The position numbers and the translations under genes are program-made. Source: a virus. Taken from it: a stretch of 64,000 nucleotides of DNA. Of the stretch, positions 1 through 7,829 are shown in pieces. The number at the start of each line of letters is the position of its first letter. Position 1 is the stretch's first letter. The notes below the pieces were generated by a model. That model was not told the origin of the DNA. It made no database searches and saw only the letters and a list, made by a program, of their open reading frames with translations. Where the stretch lies: positions 1 to 64,000 of IMG/VR virus record IMGVR_UViG_3300045918_000131; one strand, 5' to 3'.

Positions 1-378
1 TGTAACAATGGTGTTTGTTGCATTCTGCGACGGCAAATTGTAATAATTACTAAAAGTGTTTAAATCGGTAACTATTTGAGCAAATGTAGACGACCCAGGT
101 GCATCAACAATTGCAATTACTTGCCCCGCGCCTGTTAACGATGCCGGCATATTATAGTGTTTTGTTACATCCAACGGACTAAGAGTATTGCCTCTGCCGG
201 TACCAACCTTTGCAAAGGATGTCATCATTGGTTCGGCATCAGCAGCGGGCGCGACTGTTGGTGCTGCTAAAGGAATACTATTTGGATTTGCGGCCGTGCT
301 GGTTGTTCCGCCGCCACCGCCACATCCACCAAAGACCAATGCGATTGCTGCGACTAATATAAGATTACGAGTTTTCAT
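1..378 (-). CDS. Lipoprotein, S53/S8 (sedolisin/kumamolisin-like) serine protease, runs off the left edge of the window
   Basis: Not in the ORF track. Manual translation: MKTRNLILVAAIALVFGG|CGGGGG (signal peptide with lipobox-like Cys)...LSPLDVTKHYNMPASLTGAGQVIAIVDAPG...DLNTFSNYYNLP, which matches the S53 N-terminal pattern 'TP.QIR.AYG..GAGQTIAIVDA..DL..F..YGLP'. GGAGG RBS at 386-390. Confidence 0.75.
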   Translation of the reverse strand, partial: MKTRNLILVAAIALVFGGCGGGGGTTSTAANPNSIPLAAPTVAPAADAEPMMTSFAKVGTGRGNTLSPLDVTKHYNMPASLTGAGQVIAIVDAPGSSTFAQIVTDLNTFSNYYNLPSQNATNTIVT

Positions 379-382
379 TTTA

Positions 383-411
383 TTACCTCCATTAAGTTTA
401 AATAAAGGTAA
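383..411 (-). promoter_or_regulatory. SD-sequestering hairpin (riboswitch expression platform)
   Basis: UUACCUUUAUU can pair over 11 bp (including 2 G-U pairs) with AAUGGAGGUAA, which contains the RBS. Confidence 0.65.
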
Positions 412-444
412 AAATGGGTAACGATCAAAACAGTTGAACTTCCT

Positions 445-530
445 GATTTGCAGCTGGCTGGCATGACTTGCGTCGTAGCCCCTCTAGCATTGCGTCACCG
501 ATTTTCACCGGTTTTGCCAAAATTACATTT
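445..530 (-). ncRNA. Cyclic di-GMP-I (GEMM) riboswitch aptamer
   Basis: Minus strand reads GGCAAAAC-CGGU-GAAA-AUCGG-UGACGCAA-UGCUAGAGGGGCUAC-GACGCAAGUC-AUGCCAGCCAGCUGC-AAAU. It matches the GEMM-I consensus (GNRA tetraloop, GACGCAA junction, CAGCCAGYUGC) and lies in the 5' UTR of the protease gene. Confidence 0.9.
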
Positions 531-540
531 GCTTCATTTG

Positions 541-549
541 TATTTATCC
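541..549 (-). promoter_or_regulatory. T4-like late promoter motif GGATAAATA upstream of the riboswitch
   Basis: Variant of T4 gp55 TATAAATA. The same motif precedes structural genes (about 21841, 23626, 28160). Confidence 0.55.
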
Positions 550-677
550 ACTTATTCAATTAAGTGCGAATTTACACATTTGATCTTTTGCGCTTTTCTT
601 TAGCGTATGTGTATATAATAACACCTTTTTGAGTAAATGTCAAGAACTTTATTCAATTTTGGTTGAAATATCTGTTG

Positions 678-935
678 CTAACCCCATCTTAATACAAATA
701 ACATAGCATCTTTGTTGTTTTTAAAGATAAACTCCCAGTTTTGACTCTTAACCGAATCAACGCAGTTATCTTCTAGCCATCCTTGTATAGAGAGGCAATC
801 GGCTGCATTTTTGATAGGCTTAATCTTAATCCTAGTCCACCCAGACGTAACCATATAATCTGAGAAAATGCTCCAATCAATGGTTGCACTTATCTTTTCT
901 GATAAAGCATTAGTTATGTCTTCTTCTAAACCCAT
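678..935 (-). CDS. Small paralog family member (C-terminal DAxxFxLxW)
   Basis: Ends FIFKNNKDAMLFVLRWG. Confidence 0.8.
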   Translation of the reverse strand: MGLEEDITNALSEKISATIDWSIFSDYMVTSGWTRIKIKPIKNAADCLSIQGWLEDNCVDSVKSQNWEFIFKNNKDAMLFVLRWG

Positions 936-967
936 TATATCACATGTCCATTTTAACTAGCTGTAGT

Positions 968-1381
968 TTACGCATATTTCAATAATAACATCATAGCATC
1001 TTCTTCACTATTAGTTGCAACAAAAAGCTCGTCTGTCCCGAATTCCGTGAAATGAAATCTATGATCATGTTGATTCCATTCTCCTCGAAATATATTATAA
1101 TAACAATGGTTACCTAATGGTCTTTTTGGCCACATATAACTTAAGAAATCTGCATTAGGACACAACCCCCATATATCTGCTTCTGTGAATACTTTTGCGT
1201 AATCCGTCGTGAAAACAAACTTATACCCATAAAAATAATTATTAGCATCGCCTGCATTCTGTACTATATTTCGGTCTTTCCAATATACATAATCGCGATC
1301 TGCTTTTGGTAATCCCGTTTTCCAAGTTAAATACTTGTCTTCAACAATATCTAATATAGTTATGAGCATAATAGAAACCAC
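968..1381 (-). CDS. Small paralog family member, extended
   Basis: Ends NSEEDAMMLLLKYA. Confidence 0.75.
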   Translation of the reverse strand: MVSIMLITILDIVEDKYLTWKTGLPKADRDYVYWKDRNIVQNAGDANNYFYGYKFVFTTDYAKVFTEADIWGLCPNADFLSYMWPKRPLGNHCYYNIFRGEWNQHDHRFHFTEFGTDELFVATNSEEDAMMLLLKYA

Positions 1382-1608
1382 ATTAGATCTTCTTCTGTGT
1401 CAAACTCTATAGATGGGCCGTATGCATCATTATATGCAGTATGTTGATCTTTTACCATCTTCGCATTAAACGTATGAAGATAAGGTTGAGACATTTCCAT
1501 AATGCCCCTCCCGTTAGATATAGCTATCCATTCTCTTTGCCATTTAAGGAATAGAGAACGCCAGACTCTTGTATGTACCTTATTACCGGGTATTATTTTT
1601 ATAGCCAT
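1360..1608 (-). CDS. Small paralog family member
   Basis: Ends FDTEEDLMWFLLCS. Confidence 0.75.
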   Translation of the reverse strand: MAIKIIPGNKVHTRVWRSLFLKWQREWIAISNGRGIMEMSQPYLHTFNAKMVKDQHTAYNDAYGPSIEFDTEEDLMWFLLCS

Positions 1609-1928
1609 TTCAAACTTACCAATGTACCAACCATATCTTCTAATAACGGACGATAGACTACGTTAGGGTCATTTGTCTCAACATCCACTTTATTTCCGTC
1701 TGGTGCTGTATGTATCGTATGCCAACCATGTTTTGGCCACTTTACATGTATCTTATAACCAGGTATTAAATACCAAAATATTTGCGATACGATGCTTATA
1801 TTTTTCAAATACGAGTTCTTTTCATACCTGGCTACTTCAGCACAATGGTTAAGCATAAATTTAATTTGCTTATTATTAATAATATCTTCTATCATGTCCA
1901 CCTCAATGTAAATATTAGCGCATCGCAC
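1599..1928 (-). CDS. Divergent array member (true start probably about 1895)
   Basis: Ends LKWL and is translationally coupled to its neighbours. Confidence 0.55.
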   Translation of the reverse strand: MRCANIYIEVDMIEDIINNKQIKFMLNHCAEVARYEKNSYLKNISIVSQIFWYLIPGYKIHVKWPKHGWHTIHTAPDGNKVDVETNDPNVVYRPLLEDMVGTLVSLKWL

Positions 1929-2107
1929 TCATTCTGAAACCACCAAACAGTATCGTTGGTTGCTGCTCTAAAAGTGAATTTGTGAATAGAATCAAAGTCA
2001 ACGCACCATTCTCTTATTTCAGTAATGTTACATTTGTCAATTGCTACTCGTGTCCACGAAGTGCCGGAATTATCCCACCAATCATCATAGAACAACATTA
2101 TGACCAC
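1892..2107 (-). CDS. Small paralog family member
   Basis: REWC...WFQNECDALIFTLRWT. Confidence 0.8.
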   Translation of the reverse strand: MVIMLFYDDWWDNSGTSWTRVAIDKCNITEIREWCVDFDSIHKFTFRAATNDTVWWFQNECDALIFTLRWT

Positions 2108-2301
2108 CTCAATGCAAATAACATAGCATCTTTCTTGTACTTAAACTCATAAGTAACTCCATCCTCGCTAACTTTTCCGGAACATCTAAACCATGTATTA
2201 CTATAAAAGTCAACGCCAAAATGAGTTATGCACCATAAAAATCGTTCTTGTCCGTTGTTAGGTAAAAAAGGAACGACTATCTTGTATCTCATACTACCCA
2301 C
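2098..2301 (-). CDS. Small paralog family member
   Basis: LWCITHFG...FKYKKDAMLFALRWS. Confidence 0.8.
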   Translation of the reverse strand: MGSMRYKIVVPFLPNNGQERFLWCITHFGVDFYSNTWFRCSGKVSEDGVTYEFKYKKDAMLFALRWS

Positions 2302-2489
2302 TTTATCTTAAACCACATTGCATCCTTAGCATCTCTAAATGTATATGTTTGATAACCAAACATCTCTGTTACAGACCAACGTTCACAATCCTTAATAGTA
2401 TAATTATATTCTCCGAATTGTTCACCGCACCACTTCCGAATCTCGGTTTGTAATTGATAAGAATCACGGCCTAACATTATTGTTATCAT
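2289..2489 (-). CDS. Small paralog family member
   Basis: KWCGEQFG...FRDAKDAMWFKIKW. Confidence 0.8.
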   Translation of the reverse strand: MITIMLGRDSYQLQTEIRKWCGEQFGEYNYTIKDCERWSVTEMFGYQTYTFRDAKDAMWFKIKWVV

Positions 2490-2638
2490 TAGCGTCGTCG
2501 ACTAATAAATTAATATGTAATACATAGATATTACAGCTAATATTAATATAATTATTAGTATTGGTACATACTCAACAGCTAGGTAAACTTCTTGTTTTTT
2601 GCAACGCAACGTTGAATCTAAATCAGGTTTTAATCTCT

Positions 2639-2868
2639 TCATATATTTTTTGTCTCCTGTGCTGCTATATTTACCCATCGAAGTGTAAACCACATGGCGT
2701 CTTTTTCGGACTTAGAACAGTAAGTCATATACTCATGACTTCTAAAAAATAACAATTTTTTGATTGTAAATATCCGTTATTCGATAGCCATTGATTAATA
2801 GTTGATATTTCGTTCTGTATTAAAACTGTAAATTGTACTGGTCAAATTTTCTTATTTAATATTCTCAT
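2639..2868 (-). pseudogene. Broken small paralog
   Basis: MRILNKKI*PVQF (TGA at 2842-2844, probably from TGG), plus a 1-nt frameshift in a T run before SEKDAMWFTLRW. Confidence 0.7.
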
Positions 2869-2873
2869 AGTTA

Positions 2874-3065
2874 TTAACCTCCCCATTTCAAAATAAATAC
2901 CACTTCGTCTTTCTCGTCGTAAAATGAAAAAGATCTAAACGGAAGCAGGTTCACGCCTACCCATTCTGTGTAATTACCATATCCAATATTATCTATTAAC
3001 CATTGATCTATAGATTCACCTGTCTGAGTCAACCTCTCATTACTAATACGTATTTTTCTAATCAT
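2874..3065 (-). CDS. Small paralog family member
   Basis: QWLIDNIG...FYDEKDEVVFILKWGG. Confidence 0.8.
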   Translation of the reverse strand: MIRKIRISNERLTQTGESIDQWLIDNIGYGNYTEWVGVNLLPFRSFSFYDEKDEVVFILKWGG

Positions 3066-3074
3066 ATAATAACA

Positions 3075-3233
3075 CTATGACCATTTTAATGCAAATAGTA
3101 CAGCATCTTTCTCGTCAACAAAAGAAAAGATACTATTGAAGTCAAATCCATTATCAACACGTTTACGGTCGATAGTATACTTGTATTCAAGGCCTATTCT
3201 ATTATTAGGATGTTGTATAGTATATGCGTTCAT
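3075..3233 (-). CDS. Small paralog family member (52 aa, below the ORF-track cutoff)
   Basis: MNAYTIQH...FSFVDEKDAVLFALKWS. Confidence 0.7.
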   Translation of the reverse strand: MNAYTIQHPNNRIGLEYKYTIDRKRVDNGFDFNSIFSFVDEKDAVLFALKWS

Positions 3234-3239
3234 TGGTTT

Positions 3240-3455
3240 TTAACTATATTTTAGAATGAATAGTAAATAATCGTTGTTTGTTCTAAATTCAAATTCAACA
3301 CGTATAGCTGTATAGTCGGATGTATATAACGTTAATACGTAATTCCCGGGGTAAGTTAAATATACATAGTTGGCGATAGCTTGTTCGGTTTCGGAATCAT
3401 ATATTTCAAACCCCCATATTTCTGCTATTTCGGCTTCGATTCTTTTTAGGACCAT
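3240..3455 (-). CDS. Small paralog family member
   Basis: Ends FRTNNDYLLFILKYS. Confidence 0.75.
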   Translation of the reverse strand: MVLKRIEAEIAEIWGFEIYDSETEQAIANYVYLTYPGNYVLTLYTSDYTAIRVEFEFRTNNDYLLFILKYS

Positions 3456-3643
3456 TTTATCAAAAACATTAGAGCGTCAGTGTTATTACGAAAAAAGAAG
3501 TATCCTCTACTATTAAATCCCCATCTGTTATCCTGGAAAGTATGTTCGCAGTAATTCATCAAGTCTGATAATCCATGCTTAAATACGTTATATTTTCTAG
3601 GTGTTATTTCTATCCACCCATAAGGAGTTGTTTCTAAATACAT
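3446..3643 (-). CDS. Small paralog family member
   Basis: Ends FRNNTDALMFLIKWS. Confidence 0.8.
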   Translation of the reverse strand: MYLETTPYGWIEITPRKYNVFKHGLSDLMNYCEHTFQDNRWGFNSRGYFFFRNNTDALMFLIKWS

Positions 3644-3644
3644 A

Positions 3645-3857
3645 TTAAGCCCATTTTAATAGGAACATTAACGCATCCGACGAGTTCACAAACCCGTATG
3701 GTACCATGCTATCAACAGCGTTTCCTCGAATCCATTGAATACCACATACTCCAACATATTCTTCGCACCAAAGATATCTTTCTGCTCCTTTTGATATACT
3801 AATGCCAAGCAACGGTACCTTAACCCAGATCCAATTATTTTTGGTATCTACGTCCAT
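3645..3857 (-). CDS. Small paralog family member
   Basis: LWCEEYVG...FVNSSDALMFLLKWA. Confidence 0.8.
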   Translation of the reverse strand: MDVDTKNNWIWVKVPLLGISISKGAERYLWCEEYVGVCGIQWIRGNAVDSMVPYGFVNSSDALMFLLKWA

Positions 3858-4063
3858 TTTAATGTAAAGAATACCGTATCTTCCTCTCGTTTAAACCAAA
3901 AGTATATATTTTGTCCTATTGTCCAGTCTCGTCCTATATACCATAGCTTAGAGTCATTGTTGTCATCATCCATGTACATAGACATAGGACCTATGTGTTG
4001 CTCGCACCAATCTATTGCTTGTTGCAGTTCATCAAACATTAAATTAACAGGCACTCTTGACAT
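3848..4063 (-). CDS. Small paralog family member
   Basis: DWCEQHIG...FKREEDTVFFTLKWT. Confidence 0.8.
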   Translation of the reverse strand: MSRVPVNLMFDELQQAIDWCEQHIGPMSMYMDDDNNDSKLWYIGRDWTIGQNIYFWFKREEDTVFFTLKWT

Positions 4064-4067
4064 ATAA

Positions 4068-4282
4068 TTAACGCCATTTTAAACAAAACAACATCATATC
4101 GTCCTCTCTTTTAAAAAAGAAAATTTTCCATTTTGATACCAACGCATATCAGTCCACTTACAATTTTTATCGCGTTTCTTACCTTGGAATGGTGCTCCAA
4201 ACGTTTCAACACACCACGCATAATATGAGGCAGTCAATTCGCATGTATCTGCTAATTTAACCTTATGATAGTTCACAACCAC
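4068..4282 (-). pseudogene. Frameshifted small paralog
   Basis: The ORF at 4094-4282 ends KERTI*. The -1 frame continues FFFKREDDMMLFCLKWR*. Confidence 0.7.
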
Positions 4283-4488
4283 CTCAATGTGAATAACATT
4301 GCATCTTTTTCGTCAAGAAAGATAAATTCAGGTTGACTAAAAGTAACTGTTGAGTACCAACGTATTGACGTTTCAGTAGTAATAGATGTTTTAGACAGAC
4401 TAGGTCCAAATTGTGTCACACACCAAGCATATATCTCGTCATACTTAACGTAGTGAGATTTAGATAGTAATATAATAGTATTACTCAT
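4273..4488 (-). CDS. Small paralog family member
   Basis: AWCVTQFG...FLDEKDAMLFTLRWL. Confidence 0.8.
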   Translation of the reverse strand: MSNTIILLSKSHYVKYDEIYAWCVTQFGPSLSKTSITTETSIRWYSTVTFSQPEFIFLDEKDAMLFTLRWL

Positions 4489-4489
4489 A

Positions 4490-4690
4490 CTAACTCCACT
4501 TTAATGCAAATAATACAGCATCTCGTTCATCTTCAAACATAAAGCCTCCACCGCAGGCATAACAATACCCATCAGTACCGTTATTTGCACACCATTGTTC
4601 TAATAGGTTAATATAATATATACTAACCCATGTAACGTTAATCATTACCCATTTAGATGTATATAACACGCTGGTTTTAATAACTTTCAT
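4490..4690 (-). CDS. Small paralog family member
   Basis: QWCANNG...FEDERDAVLFALKWS. Confidence 0.8.
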   Translation of the reverse strand: MKVIKTSVLYTSKWVMINVTWVSIYYINLLEQWCANNGTDGYCYACGGGFMFEDERDAVLFALKWS

Positions 4691-4696
4691 CTTACG

Positions 4697-4878
4697 TTAA
4701 CTCCACTTCAATGCAAAAAACACTGCATCTTTTTAAATCGAAATCGATAATGGCCACGAAGCGGATATTTAACAGTCTTCCATACAATTCCATATTTACC
4801 AATATTCTCACGGCACCAGGTACTTATTTCTAGTGCTAACACTGAGTTACAATTATTAACGCAGATTTTATGTTTCAT
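4697..4878 (-). pseudogene. Frameshifted small paralog
   Basis: MKHKICV...TWCRENIG...YRFRFK, then a shifted frame KDAVFFALKWS*. Confidence 0.7.
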
Positions 4879-4879
4879 A

Positions 4880-5080
4880 CTAACTCCACTTTAATGCAAA
4901 TAATACAGCATCTCGTTCATGTATAAAGCAGTAATTTATACAACCATTCTGGTATTGAGTAATTTTCCAACGATAATTATACAGCCCTAAATTCTCATTG
5001 CACCATTTTGATATTTCTAACTTTAGATGGAACTGTTTAATGTAAACAATTGAGACTTTATAGTCGTATGTTACAGCCAT
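4880..5080 (-). CDS. Small paralog family member
   Basis: KWCNENLG...FIHERDAVLFALKWS. Confidence 0.8.
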   Translation of the reverse strand: MAVTYDYKVSIVYIKQFHLKLEISKWCNENLGLYNYRWKITQYQNGCINYCFIHERDAVLFALKWS

Positions 5081-5679
5081 TAAATTGATCGCACAAACGG
5101 TAGATATGTATGAATAGTTTGTTCTAAGCTTTCATCCCAAACACTGTACCCTGATTTAATCCAATCCCAAAAAGATACTGGCTTTTTGTTAGCCGTAGCA
5201 CTACGAGCTAAGTAGTCTGCACGATTGTTGTTAGTATCTAAACAATGACCTTTAACCCAATGTAATTGTGCATACATCATCCAACGTACTATACGCATTA
5301 CAGCAAAGTTGTCATTTGGACAAAATCGTTGCCGAAAACCGCGTAATCTTTTCAGAATTGCTTTTTTCTTAGGGCTACAATGTGAAGGAACTAAATCAAA
5401 ACCGCTATATGCAATCCAAGCATCGTCTGTATAAATACTTACTTCTTTTGGGATTAATTCTTGCTGTTCTGCGTAAGTAATCGCATTGTAAAACGCAAGC
5501 AACTCGTAATATCCGCGCTGATCGTATGTAGTGTCTATTGCTCCGTGTATTTCTTTTGTGTTTCCATTAGTATGATATGCTACTATACCCCAGCCTTGCG
5601 ACACAGTACAATATTCTGTTCTTTTATGTATACCCTTGGTAACTTCAGAACCGTCGCAATATATAGTTAGTTTAGACAT
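5080..5679 (-). CDS. rnhA: Ribonuclease HI-like protein
   Basis: IYCDGS, GWG, ELLA, IYTD, WVKGH, NNRADYLA motifs. Confidence 0.85.
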   Translation of the reverse strand: MSKLTIYCDGSEVTKGIHKRTEYCTVSQGWGIVAYHTNGNTKEIHGAIDTTYDQRGYYELLAFYNAITYAEQQELIPKEVSIYTDDAWIAYSGFDLVPSHCSPKKKAILKRLRGFRQRFCPNDNFAVMRIVRWMMYAQLHWVKGHCLDTNNNRADYLARSATANKKPVSFWDWIKSGYSVWDESLEQTIHTYLPFVRSI

Positions 5680-5770
5680 ATATTATCCTCTTAACGTAAG
5701 TTATTATGTTCTAAGTATTTCTTAAAATTAGCGCATATCTTTCACTAACTGTAATACGCTCATTTGTAAT

Positions 5771-5820
5771 TATTTAATACAGCTATTATACACTAATTAA
5801 TCAAAAAGTCAAGATCTTTA
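5771..5820 (-). promoter_or_regulatory. Conserved early sigma70-type promoter driving rnh and the paralog array
   Basis: TTGACT-N16-TATAAT embedded in the repeated element AAAGATCTTGAC...TATAATAGCT.TATTAAATA. Confidence 0.75.
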
Positions 5821-6207
5821 ATCAAAAGGTTTCACGGGTACACCATTCAAATACCAATACTTTGATCCATCTGCATCTTCAATGGCAGGACCATCTTCCC
5901 TATGCCGTTTACCATTCAAATACCAATACTTTGATCCATCTGCATCTTCAATGGCAGGACCATCTTCCCTATGACATTTATCATTCAAATACCAATGTTT
6001 TGATCCATCTGCATGTTCAATGGCAGGACCATCTTCCCTATGCCGTTTACCATTCAAATACCAATGTTTTGATCCATCTGCATATTCAATGGCAGGACCA
6101 TCTTCCCTATGCCGTTTACCATTCAAATACCATTCTTTTGATCCATCTGCATCTGTGGTAATAGTATAACGAAGTAAATCCCACATTAGTTGTTCTTCAG
6201 TATTCAT
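5818..6207 (-). CDS. Protein with 21-aa tandem repeats (KxWYLNGKRHREDGPAIExADGS), MORN/YwqK-like
   Basis: Four to five near-identical 63-bp in-frame repeats. Confidence 0.8.
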   Translation of the reverse strand: MNTEEQLMWDLLRYTITTDADGSKEWYLNGKRHREDGPAIEYADGSKHWYLNGKRHREDGPAIEHADGSKHWYLNDKCHREDGPAIEDADGSKYWYLNGKRHREDGPAIEDADGSKYWYLNGVPVKPFD

Positions 6208-6264
6208 CTTCTGATTTGCCGTAATTATTCTAAAAAGTCAAGTAGTTCACACAAAAAAACGAGT

Positions 6265-6543
6265 CTAATGATACATTGTTTTACGTTTTTTTAATCGATT
6301 AGATACTGCTGTGATATCAGCAAGTTGCTCGTATGGTAAACTCTTTTTTGATGTCGAAGTAATTACCTTGACTAATAGATCTTCTGCAAATTCAAGGATT
6401 TCTCCGCAGTAATAACATACGGTAATATCGAAAGGTTCAGGGCTTATATCTTCGCCAGATATACTGCTAGCTGCATTTAACTTGCTATTACATGTTGGAC
6501 ACGTTGATTCTAAAAGATGTGACACCTTGTTATTATTAAGCAT
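6265..6543 (-). CDS. Small zinc-ribbon protein
   Basis: CPTC...CYYC. Confidence 0.6.
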   Translation of the reverse strand: MLNNNKVSHLLESTCPTCNSKLNAASSISGEDISPEPFDITVCYYCGEILEFAEDLLVKVITSTSKKSLPYEQLADITAVSNRLKKRKTMYH

Positions 6544-6561
6544 ATAGGTTACTCCTTATAT

Positions 6562-7731
6562 TTAGAAAGCGTAGTAATTAAAATCTGATTTAATTTTTGT
6601 AAATCTTACAGTAGCTCCATTATCATTTAAGTAAGTATAAGAATTTGTTACTGAATCAACTGTTTTTAAGTTTAGGTACGAAAAGTAAAATTTACCTTTA
6701 GAAAGATCTAATTCTTTGGAAGCATGGCCTAGTATCGTGTCTAGTTGTTCGATTGATTTAGAAATAACACGTAGTGGTGGAGCACACGCATCATCTGCAC
6801 AACAATCATCGTCATCATCGGCGCCAGTAGGGTTATATGCAATAGTGAATTTCTCGGTTGCAAGAGGGTTACCTCTCCAAACTTTGGGATAGATGTGTTC
6901 TAATGGAATAATATTATTTCCAATTTTAAATTCGATATTATAACGAGCATTACCATCATCGAATTGTGGTTTTGCATTTAACATTTTAATTGCTTCTTGT
7001 GCTGTCTCGTTATAACGATTCATTTCTTCAACTAACGCTTTTAGCAAGTCAAAGTTAAATTCAGCAAACATAGAACTTACGCGACATACGTTCTCAATTT
7101 GATCTTTATTATTTAAATTTTCTTCACAATATTCAGTGATAAATTCTATAGCTAACCCCTTAAAGTCAAGCATATAAAATATACGCCCTGGGCGATTACG
7201 CATGTGTTCGTCGATGCGCCACTTATCGTTACACGTTAATACAAATAATTTCTTACTTGGAAAGACTCCGTCTAGCAGAGTTAATACCGCTGTTTGTTGT
7301 TGATTATCGTAAACCTTTTCAAATTCGTCAAAGCAGATCAAGCATGGCTGTGTGATAGATTGCATTAAAGTATTAAATTTATCACCGTGCCACGGGGTGT
7401 TGATAATAATAGTGGGAATATTTTGTTCAGCACATTTGACAGAAAGCGCCTTTGCCATTAGTGTTTTGCCAGACCCTTTTTCCCCAGTGAACATTACGCC
7501 AGTTGAATTTGGACGATTATTAAAAGTGTTAATAATCCTATCAATTTTTTGTGTAGTATCTCCGTATATTTTATTTCCAATAACAAAACTTTCTACGAGT
7601 TCAAAGTAAAAATTTTCATACTGGTCCATTTTAATAACATAGTTTCCTACAGGTAACAATGAGTGTAGATCAAGATTCTGTTCAGCTACAGCACGGTAAG
7701 TATTACCTTGTTTCATGTACGTTGTTGTCAT
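6562..7731 (-). CDS. AAA+ ATPase
   Basis: Walker A GEKGSGKT, Walker B ICFDEFEK, second region of homology NRPGR. Confidence 0.85.
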   Translation of the reverse strand: MTTTYMKQGNTYRAVAEQNLDLHSLLPVGNYVIKMDQYENFYFELVESFVIGNKIYGDTTQKIDRIINTFNNRPNSTGVMFTGEKGSGKTLMAKALSVKCAEQNIPTIIINTPWHGDKFNTLMQSITQPCLICFDEFEKVYDNQQQTAVLTLLDGVFPSKKLFVLTCNDKWRIDEHMRNRPGRIFYMLDFKGLAIEFITEYCEENLNNKDQIENVCRVSSMFAEFNFDLLKALVEEMNRYNETAQEAIKMLNAKPQFDDGNARYNIEFKIGNNIIPLEHIYPKVWRGNPLATEKFTIAYNPTGADDDDDCCADDACAPPLRVISKSIEQLDTILGHASKELDLSKGKFYFSYLNLKTVDSVTNSYTYLNDNGATVRFTKIKSDFNYYAF

Positions 7732-7786
7732 AGTATTCTTTCTATAAATATATATTACAGCATGGTTAGGTAAATTTGTCAAGTAG

Positions 7787-7813
7787 AAACCACGTTATTA
7801 CTAACGTGGTTTC
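7787..7813 (-). terminator. Hairpin after dnaK
   Basis: gaaaccacgtta-tta-ctaacgtggtttc. Confidence 0.6.
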
Positions 7814-7829
7814 AACCATTTGGATCTAA

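Larger units (their letters stand above)
4485..4920. repeat. 46-bp identical direct repeat (4485-4530 and 4875-4920) covering paralog 3' ends and the next start codon
   Basis: tcatactaactccactttaatgcaaataatacagcatctcgttcat occurs twice. Confidence 0.9.

Noticed and set aside
188-421. Plus-strand 77-aa ORF
   Set aside because: Antisense shadow of the lipoprotein protease gene, which has the RBS, signal peptide and riboswitch.
4094-4135. Programmed -1 frameshift at U-UUU-UUA
   Set aside because: No clear stimulatory structure, and other broken paralogs shift at non-canonical sites. Decay or error is simpler.
5818-6207. 63-bp tandem repeats as a possible CRISPR array
   Set aside because: No unique spacers; the repeats are in frame and encode a 21-aa protein repeat. 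The plus-strand ORF 5862-6161 is its shadow.
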